Shown: piece by piece, positions 56,567 to 64,000 of the stretch
Numbering within the stretch: the stretch's first letter is position 1
Layout: every line of letters starts with the position of its first letter
NCBI GenBank assembly: GCA_009782915.1
Contig: WRIC01000003.1
Coordinates: forward strand, 15,195-79,194
Direction of reading: 5' to 3'
Origin: Propionibacteriaceae bacterium
GTDB taxonomy: Bacteria > Actinomycetota > Actinomycetes > Propionibacteriales > Propionibacteriaceae
DNA length: 64,000 nt
The notes under the pieces: generated by a model
Seen by the model: only the letters and a program-made list of their open reading frames with translations
What the model was told of the DNA's origin: nothing
Databases searched by the model: none
Position numbers and translations under genes: made by a program

Positions 56567-56775
56567 GTCACCCTGCGGAGCAAAGCGACTCGCAGGGCCC
56601 AGAAATCACATTTAAATCACTGTGGAGTCTGGATTCCGTGACTACGCACGGAATGACCGGGGTAGGGGGAGTCTGGATTCCGTGACTACGCACGGAATGA
56701 CCGGGGTAGGGGGAGTCTGGATTCTGCGAGTCGCTTCGCTCCGCAGAATGACAGGGGTGAGTCGCGGAGCCTGTA
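56567..56775. repeat. Family-B element whose R arm is triplicated with a 44-bp period (56625-56756)
   Basis: The sequence is GTCACCCTGCGGAGCAAAGCGACTCGCAGGGCCCAGA, spacer, then GAGTCTGGATTCCGTGACTACGCACGGAATGACCGGGGTAGGGG x2, then a canonical R arm. Confidence 0.9.
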
Positions 56776-56787
56776 CTAGGCAGAAGA

Positions 56788-58146
56788 TTACTGGGAGGCG
56801 TACTTCAAACAATCCTTGGTTGTTGAACATTCATCACCAATACGCAGCGGGGCGATGATGCCCTGCGCCCTGAGTTCCAGCAAGCGAGCAGTCACCTGCT
56901 CTTTGATGTGGTACGGCGACAAGGTGTTGATGTAAATCTTGGTGTCCCCCTCGAAACCCGCCACTGTTGACACTCGCCATTTAATGTTGATGCGCCAAGG
57001 CATCGGTTCTCCAACCTGCGGGGGAACATGATGCCACTCCTCATTGCAGGGGACCTCCCGACCACTGGCTGCATGAATCGCATGAATGAGGTTCGACATC
57101 TCTCGTACCTCCAGGTCGGTATGCTCCCAGGGATAAACATGGGAAGATTTCGAGAAAATCTCTATCGTCGGATAACGGTGACCGAAACCAGCGAAAGCAA
57201 CAGCACCATCATTCTCAGCAATCAACAGATTCTGGTCAATCGCATAATTCACACCCGAGTCGTTGAAAAAATTTTCATTCGCCCGTACGCGCGAAATCAC
57301 TCGATCAACATTGTCACCATGCTCATCGATAGCCACCAGCTGTTTATGAAGGTGATCGAAACTAGCTCCCGCTGCCTGCAACCAGTTCTGGAAAACCGCC
57401 ACATAGCGAACATGGGGGTTGGTTTGGTAGAGATTGTTCATCGTGTGAATCGTCAACCTGGTGTACTGCTCATGCTCCTCAACACTGAGACACCCAGCGG
57501 AGGCAAGCTCCGCAGTAGACCGGGCCCCATCGGCCCAATGGCGTCGCGCAATGACAACATCGTGGCCGCCACCAAAAAAACTGTCAGCCTGTTCGATGAT
57601 GCGATCATGATCCATGGAAGCGATTTCTTCGGAACTCTTTCCCGCCAAACGCATCTTGGCCGACTGGACAGCCATGACATGGCGCCGACCCTGATCGGTT
57701 GACAGGTAGTGCAGTTTGCGGGCGGCCTCAGCCTGCGTTAGTTCGAAGCCATAGTTTTCATGCCAGTACGCATAACTGACGATCTCAAAAAGGTTAGGTA
57801 CGACACGGAACTCGGCTAAGGTCTCAAAGAGCTGCTCGGCGGGGGTGTTCTCCAGCAACTGCCACCGGTCACGAATGATCCTCGATTTCTCTGGTGGGGT
57901 TTCCAGGTATCGGGCGGAACAAAAAGCGCATGCATGGGTCCAATCAGTGTCCGAGACTGGCCCACTGTTTTTGTCCTCGCGCGGAAGAGGGCGCTCGCTT
58001 CGACCACTGACCGTCCACACTCGCGTACCTGTGGAAGGGTTGACCTGTTTGATCGTTCCATCACCCATCGTCATCAGAAACGCTGGTTGCGGTGCAACCG
58101 GTATACCCACAGTGCCCATCCTTAACCATGGAGCGAAGCCCCTCAA
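56788..58146 (-). CDS. Galactose-1-phosphate uridylyltransferase-like HIT-superfamily protein (DUF4921-type; start uncertain)
   Basis: It has a Cys/His cluster HACAFC near the N-terminus and a FDHLHKQ (HxHxQ) nucleotidyl-transfer motif. Alternative starts are at 58074 and 58068. Confidence 0.65.
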   Translation of the reverse strand: MRGFAPWLRMGTVGIPVAPQPAFLMTMGDGTIKQVNPSTGTRVWTVSGRSERPLPREDKNSGPVSDTDWTHACAFCSARYLETPPEKSRIIRDRWQLLENTPAEQLFETLAEFRVVPNLFEIVSYAYWHENYGFELTQAEAARKLHYLSTDQGRRHVMAVQSAKMRLAGKSSEEIASMDHDRIIEQADSFFGGGHDVVIARRHWADGARSTAELASAGCLSVEEHEQYTRLTIHTMNNLYQTNPHVRYVAVFQNWLQAAGASFDHLHKQLVAIDEHGDNVDRVISRVRANENFFNDSGVNYAIDQNLLIAENDGAVAFAGFGHRYPTIEIFSKSSHVYPWEHTDLEVREMSNLIHAIHAASGREVPCNEEWHHVPPQVGEPMPWRINIKWRVSTVAGFEGDTKIYINTLSPYHIKEQVTARLLELRAQGIIAPLRIGDECSTTKDCLKYASQ

Positions 58147-58250
58147 CAGTACTCGACCAGTGTACCGAATCCACCACAGGTCATAGTGTCATGAACACGT
58201 CAGTGCCGGTGACGTAGCGCATCACCGACTTTCGTGGCACAGTTAATACT

Positions 58251-58937
58251 ATGCACATCCTTGTCGTTGATGATGATCAAGCCGTACGCGATTCCCTGGC
58301 TCGCTCCCTGCAATACACCGGCTACCAGGTGACTTCGGCCCAAGACGGGATTGATGCTTTAGCCAAACTCTCCAGTGGACAGGTTGATGCTGTCATCATG
58401 GATGTGATGATGCCACGCCTCGATGGGTTGGAGGCGACACGGATGCTGAGATCCTCGGGCAACGACGTACCTATTCTTATTCTGACAGCCCGCGATGCTA
58501 TCGAGGATCGTGTTGATGGTTTAGACGCGGGCGCTGATGACTATATGGTCAAGCCTTTCGCCCTTGATGAGCTTCAGGCTCGCTTGCGGGCCCTGACGCG
58601 TAGAGCCCACAGTACGGACGAGGGTAGCCCAGTCCAGTTGCTGTCTTTTTCTGATCTGACCTTGGACCCGCAGGCCCGCGAGGTCACCAGGTCGGGTCGC
58701 CAGATTTCTTTAACCCGCACCGAGTTTGCTTTGCTCATGGCGTTCATGGAGAATCCTCGCCGAGTCTTGGAGCGGGGCTGGTTGTTGAATGAAGTGTGGG
58801 GGTTTGATTTCCCGACCACCGCCAACTCCCTGGAAGTATATATCGGCTATTTGCGTCGGAAGATTGAAGCTGAGGAGGGCTCACGCCTCATCCACACCGT
58901 CCGTGGGATCGGTTATGTCCTGAAGGAAACCGGATAG
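58251..58937 (+). CDS. OmpR-family response regulator
   Basis: It has a receiver domain (VVDDD...MDVMMP...) and a winged-helix output domain ([12 protein letters not shown]...IHTVRGIGY). Confidence 0.9.
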   Translation: MHILVVDDDQAVRDSLARSLQYTGYQVTSAQDGIDALAKLSSGQVDAVIMDVMMPRLDGLEATRMLRSSGNDVPILILTARDAIEDRVDGLDAGADDYMVKPFALDELQARLRALTRRAHSTDEGSPVQLLSFSDLTLDPQAREVTRSGRQISLTRTEFALLMAFMENPRRVLERGWLLNEVWGFDFPTTANSLEVYIGYLRRKIEAEEGSRLIHTVRGIGYVLKETG

Positions 58938-60377
58938 ATGGGTTGGCTTGCGTCAGCGATCAGGACCTTTGCCCATCGGGTACGGACCTCGCTACGCTAT
59001 CGCCTGGTTTTCCTCACCGCTTTGACGATCGTGTCGGCAGCAGCTATCTCCGGTGTGGGGACCTACCAAGCGGCGCGGGTCTCACTCTACAGCCAACTCG
59101 ATTTGGAGTTGCTCTCGATCGCTGAGAAGGTTGCCTCCCAGCTTGCTTTCGACTTTCAGGGTTCAACAGTCAGCGAAACCACGTCGTTGGATGCGCAAAA
59201 TGTGGTTGCTGTGGTGGTTGCCGCTAATGGGAACAAGGAAATCCTGGTTGGTGATCGCGAGGAGCCACTGATTACTGGTGCTGCTGAGATTGCGGTCGCC
59301 AGGATTCAAGCGGGTTCATCGGTACGCAATGGGGTGTCTGAAGCGTCGGTGACCTACCGGGTGGTGGCTGTTCCTTTTACTGATGCCTCTAATGGGGATG
59401 CCTATGCCCTGGTGATTGCCCGTGTTTTGGGGCCCACCTCCGCTGGGTTATACAACCTGTCTTTGTTGCAATGGTTTATTGGGATATGTGCTGTGTTGCT
59501 GTCGTGTGTGGCAGCGATCTTTGTTGCGGGGGCCACACTGAACCCGATCCGCGACCTCACAGAAGTTGTCCAAGAGGTCACCTCCACCCAGGAATTATCC
59601 ACCATCGACGTACGTGGAGCTATGGAGGTTGCCGATCTTCAGTTGTCTTTCAACAAAATGATGGACTCACTGGTGGCATCGCGCAGTCAACAAAACCGTT
59701 TCATCGCAGACGCTGGCCACGAACTGCGTACCCCATTGACGTCCTTGAGAACCAATGTGGAGTTACTCATCGCCGATGAAGGCTCACAGATGCTGCCCGA
59801 GGGGGCTCGCAAAGAAATCCTCTCCGATGTGGCAGCCCAATTGGGGGAGTTCACTTCACTGATCAACGACCTGGTGGCTTTGAGTCGCGGGCAGAGCGCT
59901 CCCGATGATTTCCAGGATGTTGATTTTGCGGAGGTTGTTCACCAGGCTGTGGAAAGGGTTCAGCGTCGCGGACCGAACTTGACCTACGACGTGGTACTTG
60001 AAGATATTTTCGTACGCGGGGATGCTGCTAGTTTGGAGCGGGCGGTCACCAATCTTTTGGACAATGCCGTGAAGTATTCTCCCGTGGAATCAACCATCAC
60101 GGTACGCCTGAGTACGCAGGGCCTGGTGATCTCCGATGAGGGACCGGGTATCGCAGCGGAGGATCTCCCCCACATCTATGAACGTTTCTATCGCTCTGAT
60201 TTGTCCAGGCATGCCCCCGGTACAGGACTGGGTTTGTCGATCGTCGACCAAACGATCACCGCCCACGGTGGAACCATCGACTATCAAACCTCCCCTGCCG
60301 GTGGCGCACAGTTCACGATCAGAATCCCCCATCTGGTTGTCAATCAGGAACCCCCGTACGAGTCTCCCGCAGCGTGA
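58938..60377 (+). CDS. Sensor histidine kinase (two TM, HAMP, HisKA, HATPase_c)
   Basis: H-box ADAGHELRTPL, N-box LDNAVKYSP, G-box GTGLGLSIV. The ATG abuts the response-regulator stop. Confidence 0.9.
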   Translation: MGWLASAIRTFAHRVRTSLRYRLVFLTALTIVSAAAISGVGTYQAARVSLYSQLDLELLSIAEKVASQLAFDFQGSTVSETTSLDAQNVVAVVVAANGNKEILVGDREEPLITGAAEIAVARIQAGSSVRNGVSEASVTYRVVAVPFTDASNGDAYALVIARVLGPTSAGLYNLSLLQWFIGICAVLLSCVAAIFVAGATLNPIRDLTEVVQEVTSTQELSTIDVRGAMEVADLQLSFNKMMDSLVASRSQQNRFIADAGHELRTPLTSLRTNVELLIADEGSQMLPEGARKEILSDVAAQLGEFTSLINDLVALSRGQSAPDDFQDVDFAEVVHQAVERVQRRGPNLTYDVVLEDIFVRGDAASLERAVTNLLDNAVKYSPVESTITVRLSTQGLVISDEGPGIAAEDLPHIYERFYRSDLSRHAPGTGLGLSIVDQTITAHGGTIDYQTSPAGGAQFTIRIPHLVVNQEPPYESPAA

Positions 60378-60432
60378 CAAAGGGAGCGTGACAAAGGGGA
60401 CGGGGCGTTTGTCACATTTCTCTCCAGTGACA
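60376..60432. repeat. Family-A units, including a partial tandem duplication of the adjacent MITE-like terminus
   Basis: The first GTGAC (GTGACAAAGGGAGC) carries the histidine kinase stop codon. It is followed by GTGACAAAGGGGACGGGGCGTTTGTCACATTTCTCTCCA, which duplicates the first 39 nt of the next copy. Confidence 0.85.
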
Positions 60433-60547
60433 AAGGGGACGGGGCGTTTGTCACATTTCTCTCCACCTCATCATTTCCTCAGGCAATGAAACACGTCTGA
60501 CCGAACAACAATTGTTGCCAGAATGTGACAAACGCCCCGTCCCCTTT
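60433..60547 (-). mobile_element. Family-C MITE-like element, copy C (reverse orientation)
   Basis: Its reverse complement aligns end to end with copies A and B. Its distal TIR contains the pfk stop codon (complement of 60549-60551, just outside). Confidence 0.8.
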
Positions 60548-60548
60548 G

Positions 60549-62792
60549 TCACGCTGGCTCACGGTTGAGGGAATCGAGGACACCTTTGAGAGGCAACCAC
60601 CAGGGGTCCTGGGGGCGCTGGGCGTCGTTGTCCATGGCTGCCATAGCTTGGTCGATATGGGTGAACCCGATAGCGTTACGGGAGGTGCCGACACACATGA
60701 TCGATGTGTCGTGGGTGTTGATCTGGTTCGCAACCTGGGTGATCGCCGCTTCGGTGAGTCGTGTCGCCAGCAACCGATCAGCAGGGGTGGGGGTCACACC
60801 TTGTTGGGTGTGGCCAATGATGAGGGTACGGGTGTCGTACCTCCCCCCACCTTCCTCATCAAGCAGGTGAGCAATCGTGTCAGTGGTGTAATTCTTGGAG
60901 GCATTCTCGTTGCGTACTGCCAAGAAAAACGAGCGCCCATTGTCATCGAAACTCTTCTTAATCCACGTGATGTCCTGCCCCAAGGATTCCATGGTGATCG
61001 GTTTTTCCGGAAGGTACACCTGCTCGGCGCCACCAGCCAAACCACCCAGGAGAGCCAAGAAACCCGAGTTCCGCCCCATGGTTTCGATCACAAAACACCG
61101 CCTATTGGCTGAAGCGGACATCCTGACCTGGTCAATGGATTCGACCACATGGTTGAGGGCGGCATCAGCACCCACAGCCATCACTGTTCCCGGAAGATTA
61201 TTGTCAATCGCAACAGGAACGCAGACGATCGGGATCTGGAGCCCCGGGTAGCGGGAACGCTCAGCATCAATCAGAGACGCTGTTTGGTACCCCGTCCATC
61301 CACCAATAATGACCAGGGCATCGATCTTCGCGGTTTCCAATGATCGGGAAATCGCATAAAGCTCCTCAACTACTGGGGTGTGGCGCCTCGTACCCAAAGC
61401 TGCCCCCGCCTCGTACGCCCAACCATCAACGTCCTTCCAGACCAGTTCCTGGAGCCGACCCTCCGCCAACCCAACGAAAGAGTCGTTGATTCCTATCATC
61501 TGGAACCCCCGCGAGATGCCCAACCAGGTGGCCATGGAAGCCGCGGTGTTCATTCCGGGGGCGAGTGCACCCGCATGAATGATGCCGATCCTCTTGTCAG
61601 TCTTCTTCGATTCAGTACGGTGGGGGGTGGTCAATTCGTTGAAAACACCCAGCAGACTGCGGTATTCCGTACCGCGTTTATCCAGAACGTGATCGTACTG
61701 GCCCTCCTTGATGAGGGTGGTGACACTGCGGGTTTCGGGTATGGCGGTGGCTAGAGGAAGGCGTACGATCTGTTCACCACGAAGACCGAACACCTCGGGG
61801 GGTTGGATGTCTGTCGAGGTGAGGAGGTGGGCTGTTGCTTCGAAACCAAGCCAGGTGGGTGCCCACCGGTCATATGCACTCGGGGTTCCACCGCGTTGAA
61901 CATGACCGAGGATAGTGACCCGTACCTCCTCATTGAGACCCTCTTCGATGACCTCGCGTACATGGTCGGTGGTGATCGGTTCGCCGTCGCGGGTTTTCGC
62001 CCCCTCGGCAACCACCACGATGGAATCCTTGTGACCTGCTTGGCGTGATCGCGTGAGCTGATCACACATGGCTTGCTCCCAGCCGTCTTCGGGGGGAACC
62101 TCAGGAATGAGCAGATAGTCGCCGCCCCCACACAGCGCTGCTGCGAGGGCGAGATATCCACAATTGCGACCCATGATCTCCACGACAAAACAGCGTTGAT
62201 GCGAGGCAGCAGTCGATGAGATCGCATCCATAGCATCGCGTATTCTGTGGAGGGCGGAATCGACCCCGATAGTCATGTCGGTTCCCACCAGGTCGTTATC
62301 GATGGACCCCATGAGTCCAGCGCACATGAGTCTGGGGTGGGCGTTGGCTTGGTCGGTGGTTATCTTGTTCTGCTCGGTGAGCTCGGTGATGAGGTCCGGC
62401 CAGTTCTCGTGGAACTCGTTCAGACCCGCGAGCGAACCATCCCCGCCGATGACAATGAGCCGGTCGATCCCCTTCTCAACCAGGTTACCTGCTGCAGTGA
62501 GTTGGCCTTCCCGGGTGGTGAACTCCTTGCATCGAAAGGTGCCAATGGCCGTACCCCCCTTGCCGAGGATCCCCGAACCATCCTCCCAGGCGAGTTGGGT
62601 GATCCCGTCCCCCCCATCAATCATGCCCTGATAGCCTTCACGGATCGCGTACGGTGTGGCACCGGCGAAAAGGGCGGTCCGCATCACAGCCCTGATCGCA
62701 GCGTTCATCCCCTGAGCATCACCCCCACTAGTGAGTACCCCAATGCTCTTTCCCGTGGCACTACCCCGCAACTCCTCAGCCTTCACATGCAT
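60549..62792 (-). CDS. pfk: 6-phosphofructokinase, long tandem-duplicated (eukaryote-like) form
   Basis: 747 aa. The first half has TSGGDAQGMNAA, GGDGSL and MGRNCGYLAL. The second half repeats the fold (IIHAGALAPGMNTA, IIGGWTGY, TMGRNSGFLAL). Confidence 0.9.
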   Translation of the reverse strand: MHVKAEELRGSATGKSIGVLTSGGDAQGMNAAIRAVMRTALFAGATPYAIREGYQGMIDGGDGITQLAWEDGSGILGKGGTAIGTFRCKEFTTREGQLTAAGNLVEKGIDRLIVIGGDGSLAGLNEFHENWPDLITELTEQNKITTDQANAHPRLMCAGLMGSIDNDLVGTDMTIGVDSALHRIRDAMDAISSTAASHQRCFVVEIMGRNCGYLALAAALCGGGDYLLIPEVPPEDGWEQAMCDQLTRSRQAGHKDSIVVVAEGAKTRDGEPITTDHVREVIEEGLNEEVRVTILGHVQRGGTPSAYDRWAPTWLGFEATAHLLTSTDIQPPEVFGLRGEQIVRLPLATAIPETRSVTTLIKEGQYDHVLDKRGTEYRSLLGVFNELTTPHRTESKKTDKRIGIIHAGALAPGMNTAASMATWLGISRGFQMIGINDSFVGLAEGRLQELVWKDVDGWAYEAGAALGTRRHTPVVEELYAISRSLETAKIDALVIIGGWTGYQTASLIDAERSRYPGLQIPIVCVPVAIDNNLPGTVMAVGADAALNHVVESIDQVRMSASANRRCFVIETMGRNSGFLALLGGLAGGAEQVYLPEKPITMESLGQDITWIKKSFDDNGRSFFLAVRNENASKNYTTDTIAHLLDEEGGGRYDTRTLIIGHTQQGVTPTPADRLLATRLTEAAITQVANQINTHDTSIMCVGTSRNAIGFTHIDQAMAAMDNDAQRPQDPWWLPLKGVLDSLNREPA

Positions 62793-62863
62793 ACCCCCAT
62801 CGTAGTGCGCCCAAGGTCAGCAGAGCGCAAAGGGGACGTACCCTTTATCTTCTAGAAGTCCTT

Positions 62864-62906
62864 CCCGTCCACAGTTAGCGGTCATTATGACCGTTTTCTC
62901 TGGACG
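62864..62906. repeat. Family-D palindrome, copy D2
   Basis: CCCGTCCACAGTTAGCGGTCATTATGACCGTTTTCTCTGGACG. Confidence 0.85.
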
Positions 62907-62940
62907 CGGAGGGCACTCTACCCAAGTGTCACCTCCACCG

Positions 62941-63008
62941 CCTCCCTGCGCACTGCGAGTCGCCCTAGCGGGCTCCGCAGCACAGGCTCCGTCGCAGGGT
63001 CCAGATAT
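62941..63008. repeat. Family-B long arm
   Basis: CCTCCCTGCGCACTGCGAGTCGCCCTAGCGGGCTCCGCAGCACAGGCTCCGTCGCAGGGTCCAGA. Confidence 0.85.
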
Positions 63009-63060
63009 CACACTTGCACGGCGACGAGCCTAGCGGATTCACATCCCACCGCTTTTGTGT

Positions 63061-63498
63061 TCACACCGACGGTTTCAGAGTCTTGACAAACCGACGGTCA
63101 GCAGGCGCAAGTGCTGACTCGATCCCAGTGTCATAGGTCACAAAGATGCCATCGCGGGAGGCAGCAAGATTCACCAAATGGAAATCGGTGACTTGTCGAT
63201 ACCCTCGCATGGAACCAGTGCTGATGAATGGATCATCGAGTGAAGCGTTCTCAGCCCAGTATTCATGTTGCGATCGACGCCGTACCCTGCCCAGGGCTAC
63301 CAAAGCATCAGCGCATGTGGCACCAGGATTAATCACCGGGTTGGACAGTAATCTAAGAAATCCTTGTTCCGTTGTTGCACATGTTGCGAAATGATCAGCA
63401 GTACGCAGCCAGCTCACTGCCAAGTTGTGATACGGATGAATCCCAAGGTGTGCTGCTAGTAGGAGGTTCACGTCGAGAAGGAAAACCTTGCTAGCCAT
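63061..63498 (-). CDS. vapC: PIN-domain ribonuclease toxin (VapC family)
   Basis: 145 aa from the ATG at 63496-63498 (MASKVFLLDVNLLLA...). It has PIN-type acidic residues. Its start overlaps the upstream small ORF by 8 nt, a typical TA arrangement. Confidence 0.8.
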   Translation of the reverse strand: MASKVFLLDVNLLLAAHLGIHPYHNLAVSWLRTADHFATCATTEQGFLRLLSNPVINPGATCADALVALGRVRRRSQHEYWAENASLDDPFISTGSMRGYRQVTDFHLVNLAASRDGIFVTYDTGIESALAPADRRFVKTLKPSV

Positions 63499-63748
63499 GG
63501 ATAGACTCCAGGTAGTGGCTGAGAAAGTCCTCCTCCTCGATTCGTTTGATCTCTTCAACGGTGAGCGGTGGTCTATCCGGATGGAAAATGAGAAAGTCCT
63601 CTTCTGGTGCATCCAGCAGGGCGTCGGCCTTCTCCACCAGACGTACGAGCGTGGCGGCCTTAGGTTCACCGGGCACCTGGTGGCGGGCCAGGATGGCCGA
63701 AAGTCGCGGAGTCTGGGTCAGGTGTATGCGCTGACGAGTGGCAGTCAT
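63491..63748 (-). CDS. Type II antitoxin partner of VapC (about 85 aa; start uncertain)
   Basis: It is a small ORF translationally coupled to the PIN gene. I chose the start MTATRQRIHL; the track ORF extends to 63784. Confidence 0.6.
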   Translation of the reverse strand: MTATRQRIHLTQTPRLSAILARHQVPGEPKAATLVRLVEKADALLDAPEEDFLIFHPDRPPLTVEEIKRIEEEDFLSHYLESIHG

Positions 63749-63899
63749 AGTAGTAATGGTAGCCTCCTTTGAGCGAAGTGGCATCCACTACCCATGGAGG
63801 TGGATGCCACTTAAGCGCATGAGTCGTACCTCCACACTAGTGATCGCTCCATGCGTATCGTGGTGTTATACACAGGCTAAATTCCCCGGAATCCCCCTT

Positions 63900-63943
63900 C
63901 CCGTCCACAGTTAACGGTCATTATGACCGTTTTCTCTGGACGG
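63900..63943. repeat. Family-D palindrome, copy D3
   Basis: CCCGTCCACAGTTAACGGTCATTATGACCGTTTTCTCTGGACGG. It has the same orientation as D2 and differs from it at one position within the core. Confidence 0.85.
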
Positions 63944-64000
63944 GAAAGGTGCGATCTTGGATTCACTGACTAGGTGGCAACAAAGTGAAGGAACAGCAAG

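Noticed and set aside
1-64000. An impression that the palindromic tetranucleotide GTAC (often as GTACGC) is unusually frequent, which could hint at a missing or present restriction-modification specificity
   Set aside because: I cannot count k-mers reliably by eye. The effect may come from codon preferences such as GTA-CGC or TAC-GCC. It needs an observed/expected calculation before it means anything.
1-64000. A search for a recognisable defence or mobile system (CRISPR-Cas, restriction-modification, Abi with partner, retron, prophage, IS or transposon)
   Set aside because: None was found. The only toxin-type module is vapBC. RmuC and XseAB are housekeeping nucleases in a conserved operon-like arrangement. 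No transposase or integrase ORF is present on either strand.

Overview
This is a chromosomal housekeeping segment from a moderately high-GC actinobacterium. Gene content looks Actinomycetales-like, but I cannot name the species from sequence alone. I call about 57 protein genes and one tRNA.

Gene content, in window order:
- Three tandem CPBP intramembrane proteases.
- A sulfide/persulfide cluster: MauE/DoxX-like protein, SQR, and a CoA-disulfide reductase with a rhodanese domain.
- adk, pheA, a MaoC-like protein and a GNAT.
- A SAM-dependent methyltransferase.
- A cytochrome bd locus: two cydA paralogs, cydB and a fused cydDC.
- lemA and a HAD hydrolase.
- A 1466-aa secreted GLUG/DUF11-type protein.
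- An EamA transporter and cca.
- rpsF-ssb-rpsR-rplI, then pgi and an aldo/keto reductase.
- cbiMQO, rmuC and xseAB.
- uppS, a hemolysin-III protein, an ABC-2 exporter and pepN.
- dnaB, a CopZ-like protein and an RpfB-architecture transglycosylase.
- tRNA-Thr(CGT), a GalT-like HIT protein and an OmpR/HK two-component pair.
- A 747-aa duplicated phosphofructokinase and a vapBC module.

I saw no transposase, integrase, cas gene, phage gene or recognisable defence system.

The unexplained signal is non-genic. Four interrelated palindromic repeat families fill most intergenic spacers:
- Family A: GTGAC-box hairpins.
- Family B: a roughly 100-bp bipartite CGCAG/GGTCCAGA element.
- Family C: a 115-bp MITE-like element with Family-A-type terminal inverted repeats.
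- Family D: a 43-48-bp CCGTCCACAGTTAGCGGTCAT palindrome.

Family B is translated in frame inside two intact genes, cydDC and the methyltransferase. A 157-bp perfect inverted repeat brackets adk. Family A supplies the stop codon of at least seven genes. Family D copies bracket vapBC. A cluster of perfect DnaA boxes lies upstream of dnaB.

Limits: all homology calls come from motifs and memory, not searches. Repeat boundaries are good to a few bp only.
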